Position numbers and translations under genes: made by a program. A DNA stretch of 64,000 nt, taken from assembly GCF_009914755.1 (NCBI RefSeq), contig NC_060927.1, one strand, 5' to 3'. The notes beneath the pieces are model-generated. The model had not been told where the DNA came from and made no database searches. It was given only the letters and a program-made list of their open reading frames with translations. Origin of the DNA: the human T2T-CHM13v2.0 reference genome, Homo sapiens. Shown here one piece after another: positions 12,525 to 27,999 of this stretch; positions within the stretch are counted from its first letter, which is position 1; every line of letters starts with the position of its first letter.

Positions 12525-13015
12525 TCATTAGAATAAAATCCACAAAATCCTATAATATCCTACATAATCTGGCTTTAGTCTACCTCTCTAAAACCATCTA
12601 CGTTATGATATTAGACTACCTTGCTATTCCTTCAACATGCCAAGCATATTCCAACTTACAAATCTCATCACCTGCTGAACATTCTCCCTACCTATCTGTG
12701 AATTTCATTCTAATACATATCATTTGCTCAGACTCATTTTTCAGAAAAGTCTTCAGAAACCACCAGTTCTTCCTTAACAATTAGTGATTAACTATCTGCA
12801 TCCTTGCTTTATTTTTCTTTCTAGAATTAAACACAACCTGAGATAATATATTTTTTAAATTTTGCTTATCTATTTCTTGTCTGTCTCTGGAAATGTGAGC
12901 TCTCTGAGAACTGATTTGGTTTTGTTGTCATGCCTCAAGCTCCTAGAGCACTGCATGATACCAGTGGCATTCAATAACAATTTGACACATGTGGAAATAA
13001 TTGAATAAATGAATT
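12525..13015 (+). mobile_element. L2 3' fragment
   Basis: L2 3'-end motifs aatgtgagctctctgag...cctagagcactgc...attcaataa followed by a (tgaa)-like tail. Confidence 0.6.
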
Positions 13016-14982
13016 TATTTAAGTGGGACCTATAATACATGGATTTGGTAAATGATTGCCAATGGGGACTAAAAGAGTAGGTGGAGCCAAGAGGTCTCTC
13101 AGTTTCCCAGCTTTGGTTGTTAAGGCATGCAGTAAATAAGATAGTAAACATAAGAGGAAGAAGAAATGCGGACATGAGTATTACCAGTTCATCTTTGATC
13201 ATGCTGAGTTTAAGCGCCTATGGAAACTACAAATAGAGAAGTCCAATAGGACATTCAATATGCAAGTCTGGATTTTGGGAAAGAGACAGAATCTCAGAGA
13301 TTTGATAACTATTTCTTATAGGTAGCACTTAAAAATCACTTAAGATCACAAAGAAAGTTGATGACAAACGAAGATAAGAAAGTTAAGTGTGAAATTCTGT
13401 GTAACACCAAAGTTATGGTGGCAACTAGAAATAATAAACATGTAAGAAAAGTCATAAAAGAAAGAAAATACCAAAACAGCATAGAATCCAGGAGACAGTC
13501 ATAATTTATTCTTACAATCAAAAATGCCATTTTTTTCTTATGACAAATGCCAGGCATTATAATATGAGGTATTCAAGCAGGGATAAGATATGATTCCTGC
13601 TAGATTTCAGAAGAAGAAGGACATGGCAGAAAATACCCATAATTAATCTGAAAGACTTACTGGCTGAATAATGGTTTAGAGTACAGGATGAGGCTGGGTG
13701 TAAATCCTTTTGACTTAATCCTCTTTTTCCCACAATCAAGAGAACTTCTCAGGCCCTCCAACCTGTGAGTCCTGAATGAAAAGAAAAAGTCTAAGTGGTA
13801 AAGCTAGAGAATTAGGGTATCTAAATATCTTCTGTAGGATCTTCCTCTGAAAGACTCCAATAACAGAAAATGACAGTGTCAAATCAATGTAGGACTTGAG
13901 GAACAACCAGTGATTACGTTAGTGAGTCAGATGATTCTCCGGGGCACCAAAGTCCGAAGTCAGAGAGCACTGCTGATTAGACAATTGAAGAACTACTGCA
14001 GCAGAACTTACAGGGTCTCAGGAGACCTAGCAGAGGGTGTCAGAGCCTTGACCAGAAACAGGATTTTATGAAATATAGTCCTCAGATCACTTTTGATCTT
14101 GGGAACTATGTGGAAGCTATGCAACTTGGCAATTAGATTCTGTTCATCTTTGCAACTCAGGACCAGCCCAAGCTGTTAAAATGATTTTCCCAGGTCTATA
14201 CATTTGATAGGAGTCAAAGCAGACATTTGGGCTCTATCACAATATTTTTAACATCTGGAAATATTGTTTTAAATAAAAGGTTTTGCATATCTGTTAGAAG
14301 TAATCGATCTAAAGTGTGGAGTCCTATCTGTTTCCAGATGCCCTTATCAGTCAGATTTGGACACCCTTATTGGTCTGATTTGTCTACTTGTTGGCTCTGC
14401 AATAAGATTGTGATTTATTCTATTCTTATATAATTTATTCTTATATATTATACCTATTCATTTTTATAACTTCATACCTGCAAATAGTGGATGCTTAATA
14501 TATATTATTTCAATCATTAAAAAAAAAACAAAAAAGATTTCTTCTTTTTATACCTGTAGAGAACTAGCCAAGAATGTCTCAAGTGGAAAGCTCCGTGGCA
14601 CACTGAGAAACAACACCCACTACAGTGTTGGAGCTGATACAAATTTCAATCTGAAATTGCATTTTTCAACTGAAAATGGGGAAAAATTAAATTTAAAAAT
14701 TCAGAATAAGTGACTACTGCCTTTAACTTGAATCACTAAGCTAATTTTTTTAAATGTCTACATCTGTACATTCACTTGAGAGTACTCTGGTTATTGTAAA
14801 AAAAAAGTCTGTCAGCTAAAGCAGAGATCAAAATACAAATTGTAACACACAGAAACGTTACATGAATTTGTTTCACTCCCTGGAGAACTTCAGGTTCATA
14901 AAAAGCAATGAATGTATTACATGAAGACATAAATATGCTCCTGCATTTTCATCTATGACAGATATATTCTTATTGCAATGCA

Positions 14983-15251
14983 GTCTTTAAAACTACACCA
15001 CCTTGGGCTATGAGCTCATCAGAGCTCTCAAGCTCAGTGGGGTCAAATCTGGTTAATGTTTGGGAGGGTGACCTCCAAGGAAAATCCAGGTGCAAGAGGA
15101 TATAATGCTAGTAATTCAATAGATGACATGATTTCCTTTAAGTCACTAATAAGCAATTCTCCCTTAAGGCCATTATCAGACACCATGCTACTGGAGGTTT
15201 CTTTGTAAAGATTTAATATATGTGGACATTTAAGATCTCATGAATTCTTTT
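14983..15251 (+). mobile_element. AmnSINE1 (5S rRNA-headed DeuSINE) fragment
   Basis: 5S-like head (caccaccttg...ctcaagctcagtggggtcaaatctggttaatgtttgggagggtgacc) continues as tccaaggaaaatccaggtgc...aattcaatagatgac...tgctactggaggt...tgtggacatttaagatctcatg. This matches the recalled AmnSINE1 body rather than the 5S 3' end. Confidence 0.72.
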
Positions 15252-15294
15252 ATATTCTCTTTATTATCTTGATAATCATTCCAAACAACATTTT

Positions 15295-18647
<3,353 letters not shown>

Positions 18648-18681
18648 GTAATATAACTGACTGATGAGAGAGATTACTTGC

Positions 18682-19172
18682 TAGGATGGCTATTTTTATG
18701 TCAACTTGACTAAGTCAGAGGGTTCCAAGATATTTGGCTGTTATTCTGGGTGTGTCTCTGAGGCTGTTTCTGGAGAAGATAAACATTTGAATTGGTGGAC
18801 TGAGTAAAGCAAATTGCCCTCTCTATGTGGGTGAGCTTCATCTAATCCACTGAAGGCTAAACAGAACAAAAAGGCTGAATAAAGGAGAATCCATTTATTC
18901 TTAATCCATTTATGTCTTAAATGTCTTCCAGCCAGGTCATCAATCTTCTCCTGCCTTGAAACTTAGACCAGAATTTTTACCATCAGCTTTCTTGATTCTC
19001 AGGCCTTTGGACTCAGACTAAAACTACACCATCAGCTCTCCCAGGTGTCTGTAGCTTGCCAGTCTTGGAACTTCTCAGCCTCCATAATCATGGGAACCAA
19101 TTTTTTATTGTAAATCTCTTCCTATATATATAACCTATTGTTTCTGTTCCTCTGGGGAACCCTGACTAACAC
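18682..19172 (+). mobile_element. MLT2 (ERVL) solo LTR
   Basis: tgtcaacttgac...aacatttgaattggtggactgagtaaagca...gaaccctgactaacaca is a typical MLT2 LTR. Confidence 0.85.
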
Positions 19173-20477
19173 ACGTGTTATATCTACCTTAGCACAACCA
19201 GTAAGTAGTTCTGACATTCCTACTTTATTTAATGTGGGCCATCACCTTCTTAAATTTCCAAAAGCCATCTTGGCGAAATGTTAGTGCCCTCTCTGACAAT
19301 CATTGCCAGGGAGATAAGCTTATCCTAGGAGAGAATTCCCTATGATAAATATTCCTTTATCAAACATGTTCTGCCTCAGCAATCCTGCAACCTTTGAATC
19401 TATCTACTGCTATCCATACTCTGCTAGCTTTGACAACGAATGTTGGCTAGGCCTTATAGTTCTTTGGGGTATAGTTCCTTTCCTTTCTTGGCAGGTTCAC
19501 CACTTCCTGCACCTGTAAATTCTTGAAGGTGCATGACTTGACCTACTTGTTGATCTAGTGACAACATGGGAAGGTGAATACAGATTTTGAGGCAGGTTCA
19601 TGTTGTATATTTTCTTCAAGCAAGAGGTACACTAGCCTTTACTAAGGACTGAACTATATCTCCAGAGAGTTTAGGGGATTTAAAAGTTTTAAAAGCAACG
19701 TGTCTTTTTTTTTAAATTTTTGTCTGCTTTGATTTGGAAGTTCTCTGTGTATCATTAAGGCCTCAACTAAAGCCTTGACCTTGGCATAGGAGACTTGAGG
19801 AATTGATCATTTAAATTTCTGTACGCACCTCTATTACTTTTATTATTAACTCCTAAGCCTGGACTTTAGTTTTTTCTGCATGCAAGAGATAAAGAACTTT
19901 TAAAAATCCTGCTGAGGAGGACATCTACCATTCACATTTTCCATTTACTTGGTGACTGCATCCTCAGTCTTTGATTCACTATACTAGTGGGACAATGATA
20001 CTTAGCAAAGCCTGTCGAATTCCATTGTTGTTATAATTAACACATTTTCCCAGACCCTCACCTTACTGAAATTTTACTGATAATCTATCCTAACTGGCTA
20101 TCAGTAAAATTTTAACAATTGCACTGCTACAATATACCGGGGCACTTAGTGTTCTATCCACTACAAAATTAAGGGTCTTCATTACTAGTTGACCAGCGGT
20201 TGGTCCATATCTCATGTCTCACTTTAGAATACACTCTCTTGGACCAATCTAGCACTAGTTGTCTTAGGTCAGATTTCCTGGGATATAGATTTTGAAAGCG
20301 TTTTTCATGCAGAGCCTTTACCTAGGGATGTCAATGATATCAACAACTCTGGAGCAGTTAAGGAAAAAACGTACACAGAGTAAGAGAAAAGAGGCCTCAG
20401 CCAATCTCATGAATGTCCCTTTAGAGTAACACCCCTAGGAATAGTAGACTATATTTTATATCTGTGTCGCCAGTCTA

Positions 20478-20712
20478 GCTGTTGTCAAACTTTTTTTCTG
20501 TAAAAGCCAAGTAGTAAATATTTTAGGCTTTGTTCTATAATGACTAAGTAGTGAATATTTTAGGCTTTTTGGGTCACATTCATTCTGTCACATATTCTCT
20601 CCCTCTTCTTTTTCTTTCCTCCTATATGAAAACACTTTAAAATATAAAATTTATTTTTATATTTTGCACCCTATAAAAACAAAGTTGGTCTGTGGCCATA
20701 TTTTACTTATCT
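20478..20712. mobile_element. MER58-like hAT-Charlie relic with a local duplication
   Basis: caaacttttttctgtaaaagccaagtagtaaatattttaggctttg. The aagtagt(a/g)aatattttaggcttt motif occurs twice. Confidence 0.6.
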
Positions 20713-20975
20713 GAGAAAAGTCAACAAGTATGTGCTTCCTTCAGGAAGGGGATGTGAGATTGAGTTACTTGGTTCTTGTGAAGCTAGATAAATTCCTAGA
20801 CAAAGACTCATCTTGGTTGTTCAATCTTCAACACTTATAGAAGCTGTGGGTAGTGAGCGACCCAATCTTGATTAGAGAATTTACATGATACATCACTAAA
20901 TACACTCTCCACAAAAGCTCTATTCTAGCAAGAGACATAGACAATAGACCATTAAATAAATAAGTACATAATTAT

Positions 20976-21299
<324 letters not shown>

Positions 21300-22393
21300 T
21301 TATAAATGCTTTGGAAAAAATAGTAGAGCAAAGTAAGGAGGATCAGATATGGGAGATAGGTTTCACTTTAATATAGTTGGGCAAACATCTTTAAGATGGT
21401 TAAGTATGTGATTTTTATAAAGATACAATTAAACTGACATATCAAATCTATAGTTTGAAGTGTTTTGATAACTGTATACAGTTGTATAAATATGATCACA
21501 ATTAAAATACACAACACATCCATTATTTCCTCTCTGCCAAAATTGCCTTTTGTCTCTGTAGACCATCCTTTTGACCCATCCTAAGACCTTGGCAAACAAA
21601 CACTGTCACGTTTTTTCTCCCTATAAAGTTTTGTCTTTTCCAGAATGCATGTAAATGGAATCTTGTAGTCTTCTACCACTTAACACATGCTTTTGAGTTT
21701 CATCCATGTTATTTTATGTATCAACAATTCATTCTTTTTTATAGCTGAATAATATCTTATTAAATGGACATACCACAACTTGTTTATCTACTTAGCAGTT
21801 GATGGATATTTGGGTTGTATAAGTTTTTCCATTTTTTTTTTTACTGTTAAGAATATAGCTTATATGAACAGTTGCATGCAGGTCTTTATGTGCACGTTTT
21901 CATTTCTTTCAGGTGAAATATCTTGGGCCAAAATAGAAGGGTCATAAGTGTTTTACCTCCATAAGAAACTGCTAAGAGTTTTCCAACATGAGTATACAAT
22001 TTTGCATTGCCAGCACCAATGCATGGAATATCTAGTTGCTCCAAATTCTGAGCATCATTAAGCATTGTCAATCTTTAAAAATTTTAGCCATTGCAGTGGT
22101 TTCATGATATTTCAGTTATGACTTTCATTTGCATTTGCTCAGCGTATTCTCAAATGCTTTTCAGCCATTTGCATTTTCTTCCTGCTAAAGATGTCTGCGG
22201 AAACACTTTGCACATTTTATTATTGTTTTTCTGTGCTTCTATTTTTGCGTTATAAAAGATGTTTACATATTTTGGATGCAAATCTGGCATTTGATAAGTG
22301 TTTTGCAAACAGTTTTTCCAGTTGGTGACTTCTCTTTTCCCTTTACCTAACAGCAACTTTCAAAGAAGAAAAGTTTTTAATGAGATGGAGATT

Positions 22394-22476
22394 TATATAT
22401 ATATATATATATATATGTATATGTGTGAATATATATATATGTATATGTGTGAATATATATATATGTATATGTGTGA

Positions 22477-22507
<31 letters not shown>

Positions 22508-22573
22508 GCTTATGCTTGGTTTTGTCCTAAGTAACATCTGCCTAGTGCAAAATCACACACACACACACACACA
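22394..22573. repeat. Compound microsatellite: (TA)n, 3 x 24-bp unit, (TG)9, then (CA)10
   Basis: Unit gtatatgtgtgaatatatatatat occurs three times. TG tract at 22490-22507, CA tract at 22554-22573. Confidence 0.9.
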
Positions 22574-22601
22574 AATCATCTTTTTTTTTTTTAACTTCTA
22601 A

Positions 22602-22957
<356 letters not shown>

Positions 22958-25264
22958 ATCAAGTTGGTTTTTATATATTAACACCTAATTTTTAAGTACT
23001 GTTTGTTGGAAGACTAGACTTCTACAACTGAATTACATTCGGGCCTTTGTAAAATAAATGTGTGGTTCTGTTACCAGACTATTTTTTCTATTTTATCAAT
23101 ATATGTCTATTTTTATGTCTTGATTACTGCCTCTTTTAACTTTATGAGTTTGTATATGTATATTCAGGAGGATGGCATGAATACTGATGGGAAGGTAGAG
23201 TATATTTTAAAGCAACATGGTAAGATTTATTTATTTAGAGATATTATCTGATAAAATAAAGCAAAATATACATTCAATAAAAGTCCCAGGCACGCACATT
23301 TTTCGTCATACTTTAACATTAAAATTAAACTAACAAGGTAGGCTAGATATACAAATAATTTCAAAATAAAAATTTTTAAGCATAAACCTTAGTATTTTAT
23401 TCACAAACAGGTTTTAACTGAATCAGAATGACAATATTCCTTACCAATGCTTCTTACATTAATTCCTCAAGTATTTATTGAAATTTAGATATTCACTTCA
23501 TTGTGTTTGAAGATAGAACTCCTCTAACAAAGATTTGTCTCTCTCCCCAAGGTTTTTAGAGTAGTAAGAAAATTTGTGTATATATCATAAAAATATGTGG
23601 TAAGTACTGTGAGCATGTAATCTTTGCACTGAATTCAGAAAGGCTAGTCAAAGAAAAGATGCTAGTGTTAAATTCAAAAGAATAAGTATATTTTTTTTTC
23701 TAATAAATCACTAGATTAAATTTTATTGGTTGAAGGTGAAAGGTTTGTGTATTTTTTTGTTTGTGTATTTTTTTGTTTGTGTTTTTGAATCCCCTGAAGT
23801 CCATTTTTATACCTGTTATTCACAGTACATATTGACAACAAAGATGAGTTAAATGCTTTCCTCAATAAATTCCTAAAAATATAGTGTTCTATTCCCTTTA
23901 AATGTATAAAGTTTGGCCAAGCAACTTTTTATCTTTATTTAAAAAATGAGTAATAGAAGATTGATACCTACTCACCCTGGACCTAATAAATATTCAAACC
24001 CTGTACTATCTGGTTAATTATTTTATCAGAAGATATTTCAGAAGCTCAAAAAATATATGAATGCATTATCCAGTGTGGCTTTCTCTTGAGTAGTAATTTA
24101 TACTTTGGTAAGTTCCGACTGCCTTCAGATGACAATGATGATGATTTAGTGCAAGGAAGCCACGATTTATCACAAACGATACACACAATGAACTACTGGA
24201 GAAGCACAGAGTAAGATGAAAAGGACCCAAGGATTCCTCTCTCATTATATTGAGTCTTAAATATTGTTTCAGTTTTCCCTCCTAGTCTATCACTGCCACT
24301 TAGTAAATTATTTAAATGGCAGGGACTGGAGATAATATTCAAAAACTAATCCATTTTGTTATTAAGTTGAATGAACTATAAATTAATTTTTACCATAAAG
24401 TAATTTTCAATGAATAGCCATTGGCCTAACTGTGGAATCAAAGACATTTAGGTTATTTTTTTTCTTTCTGCAAAAGATTTGTTAAATATAAGATTCAGCA
24501 AATCTGTTTTCTTACTGTTACAAAATTAATAATGGTTCAACAAAAAGAATTTTTAATTTTTAAAACATTTTAAAAATTAGCATTTATTTGAATTAAAGCT
24601 ATACATGTTATCTAAATTATTACATTTCCACCTATATGACTAGAATTATTTTAATTAAAATCAACAACTGATTTTCTCAATCAGAAGCAATGGTTTGCAA
24701 TTATAGTTACTGAAACTAGTAAAATGATTAATTATCTGTTTAGTAAATACAAAATATTCTTAGAAGACAAACAACAAAGGAATCCTGCAGGAATCACATC
24801 TTGGAGATCACCTTAACTAGGGCTAGAATATTTGGATTTATAATATTGGATAATATTTAGTTTCTTAGATTTTGAATCAAATTTTTTAAAAATATATGTG
24901 CAATAATATTTATGTCTTGCTTAAATAAATGTTGGCATTTCTAGGTCTATCTTTACATAGAAAATTAAAGTCTCCATGAGGGTTAAAACGTTTAATAAAC
25001 TATGTACTATAATTATTTTTGAACTTACACATTTTTATTTGAAAGCCCAAGTATACTCTAAATGGTGCAGGACTTTAAAAGTGACATAAGAAGGAAAACC
25101 TAGAAGACTTCCATACTGAAATATGTTCAGTAGTTAAATTGTAGCAAAACTTATACCAGCAATTATTTTCTTTTCTCAAAAAGCTTTTATATAAAGTCTT
25201 CTGCACATTACATGTTGATAATAAAGGATACATAGTTTAAAAGAGCTCCAGTGGAAGGAGAGGA

Positions 25265-25465
25265 AATAACTTATTTTGAGTGCCCATTGTGTGCCCACAG
25301 CTTCACATATAAGCCTCACAATAACCCTGCAGGTAGGCATTACTTTATATTATATGTAGAGAAGCATGTGGAGATTAAATTATTTGCCTGGTTTTGTACA
25401 GCTGGTATACAGCAAAGTCAAGATTCAAACTTGAATATTTATAAGCCAAAATTGTAAGCTCTTTT
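25265..25465 (-). mobile_element. MIR fragment
   Basis: ttgagtgcccattgtgtgcc...cctcacaataaccctgcaggtaggcatt...gattcaaac, the MIR core pattern. Confidence 0.6.
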
Positions 25466-25582
25466 CTTTATGATACAAACATTCAAGATAGCCTAATATC
25501 TACCAAACCCCATCTCTTTGCAAGACGTATAAGAGCATAGAAGCTTAAGGAGCTAAAGCAACTTCTCAAAATATTTTGATCA

Positions 25583-26090
25583 TGGACTTTTAATCCTGAA
25601 GAATGATGGAGTGGATGCACTTCTTCGTATTTCAATCCTTACAGTGAACAAAACCCTGTGTGTCTCACATGTTATACACATAAGGAGGCTCTAAAAGACA
25701 AAGAGAAGAAGGGCAGACCAGCTAGAGACACCAGGGCCCAAGGAAAGAAATGTCAGTGAGTTATCTGGATTTTCCTTTGGCTTCATATATCACAAAATGG
25801 ACACTAGGAAACCTGGCAATTTGGAAACACCAACAAGGACAACAAAAAAGCCCTAACAAAAGCCTCTTCTATACAGCCAAAGGACCCGGAAAAGGGTAGC
25901 AAAGCTAGAAAGATGTTTAGACAACAATCACTCTACTCTAGTCAAACAGCATGAATAAAAACCAAAAACACCATGGCCCCACCTCTGTCCCCATCAGCAG
26001 AGGCTGAGTGGGGAACCAAGACTTCCAATCTTTCCCAGATGTAACAAGGTATCTTCTTTGGCGACCACAAGGGTAGAGTTAGGAAGGCCT
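25583..26090 (+). mobile_element. Old L1M 5'-end-like fragment
   Basis: Resembles L1MC/MD 5' ends (ggacttt...gatggagtgga...). Recalled similarity only. Confidence 0.35.
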
Positions 26091-26351
26091 TCAGTACATT
26101 GTCTCTTTAATGTGGCCAAGATACAAAAGAATGCACTGGACAAATATCATGACCTGTTGACTTACTGCTGCATCTAATAATTCACATGAATCATCAAAAA
26201 AAATCTAAGTTCCAGAGGTGACCCTTATTTATACTCTCTCTCTAAAATATAGAACTCAAAGAATACTATTTGGAAATAAGTCTCTAGAATATACTTGAGA
26301 CTTTTGCAGACTCTTTTTGGTGTCTCAAGTGAAAATAAATAGGTTGTTCTA

Positions 26352-26590
26352 CAGTGAGAGCACATAGACACAGGTAGGGCAACATCGCAGGCCAGGGCCT
26401 GTCAGTGGGTGGGGGGAAAGGGAGGACCTCACGCACGCGGGGCTTAAAATCTAGATGACAGGTTGATAGGTACAGCAAACCACCATGGCACAGGTATACC
26501 TATGTAATAAACCTGCACATTCAGCAAATATATCCCAGAACTTAAAGTAAAATAAAAAATAAAATAAAATAAAACACTTACACTTGAAAA
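26352..26590 (+). mobile_element. 5'-truncated L1PA (PA8-like) 3' end
   Basis: ggggcttaaaatctagatgacaggttgataggtacagcaaaccaccatggcac...cagaacttaaagtaaaat with an A-rich tail. TSD aaataggt(t/g)gttcta (26337-26351 / 26591-26605). Confidence 0.9.
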
Positions 26591-27999
26591 AAATAGGTGG
26601 TTCTAGTGGTCTCAGATATGAAAAAGGGAAATCACAAACATGAGTAAATATAATAATTATTTCTGTATTGCTGCCTACTTGTTTAAATGATTTTATATGA
26701 TGGAATGTCAAAAATCTTCCTGCTAAGTTCTCCAAGTAAGCTGTTTTTTCTTGCAAGAAAGTCTTCACATTTTATAAATGTTAATGCTTCTAAATTAGTT
26801 TGATGCAACCCTGTGACATTTTTTATTCAAGTAGACAGAGAATACTTTTACTTTTGCATCTTGCTTTTGTTTGTATTAATTAGTGGGCACCCCAGGAGTA
26901 ATAATTCTTTAGTACTATATAATAATAATAAAAATGAATTTTATATATAAAATATTCACCTCCTAGATATTATTAAAATTTGAATGATTATCTTTAATTT
27001 TATATATGCCAAATGCCAATAGTCATAATTGCTTAATAAATTCATACCTATTTTCTCTTTCTATAAAGTTATCCTCTTTCAAATCATTTTTATTTGATAG
27101 ATGTATTTACATAATTTATGTATTAATTTGAGGAATATCTTAGTGAATTTTATAAAACAGAATTCAATGATTTTTATTGACAGTTTCTAATAAATCTATT
27201 CAAATAAAACTTTTAGCTTTATTAGAACTGTGAAATTCTACAAAACTAAACAATTGATCCAAGATGTTTTAGTCTTTACAGAGCACATAGCTGAAATATA
27301 GTAGATATTTAATACCTAAGAAATCACTGTATCTTCATGAGAAAAAAGAAGAAATATCCTTCAAAAATGGAATAAAACATTTTATAGCCACGTAGCCATA
27401 CTATTAATATATTGTTAAGCAAAATAGACATTGCCTCTGTATGTGTGTGTGTATGTGTCTGAAATATCTGACAATGTGTCTATTTGGTGAGAAATTAATA
27501 GTTTGTTAAAAACACCTACTTGAAGGAAATGAAGAACTCTGTGTGTCTATAATCTTTTCCCAAAATGAAAGGAAAGTTGTTCCACTGGAAAATATTCAAT
27601 AAGTCAATACTAAACTTAATAGCTCTTCTTTTTTCTGCATATTTATGGAATAGATTTCACTTTCTTTATGTTAGTAATGTGAGATAATAAAAGAGTATAC
27701 TGACATTTACATGTCAGAAAAATAAATGATGTTTCTCGCTAAAATGACTACTGTTTAAACACATTAATCTAGCTAAAACATTGTGTATAAGAAAAATAGA
27801 AAATGATATCTTAGCTATAGCTTAATTCTAGGAATCAGACATCATTCTTTCTGATCCTATCATAGAATAATTTTATAGAATGGCAAAGAGTTATTACATG
27901 TACCCAAATTTCCAGAACCATAGATGTTATCCCGAATCACAGAATTGCCTTCAAAACTTAATCATGGATTAAAATAGTTGATTACAGACATCTAATACT

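Noticed and set aside
14983-15100. Functional 5S rRNA gene
   Set aside because: Heavily diverged with altered control boxes, and it continues into SINE body sequence.
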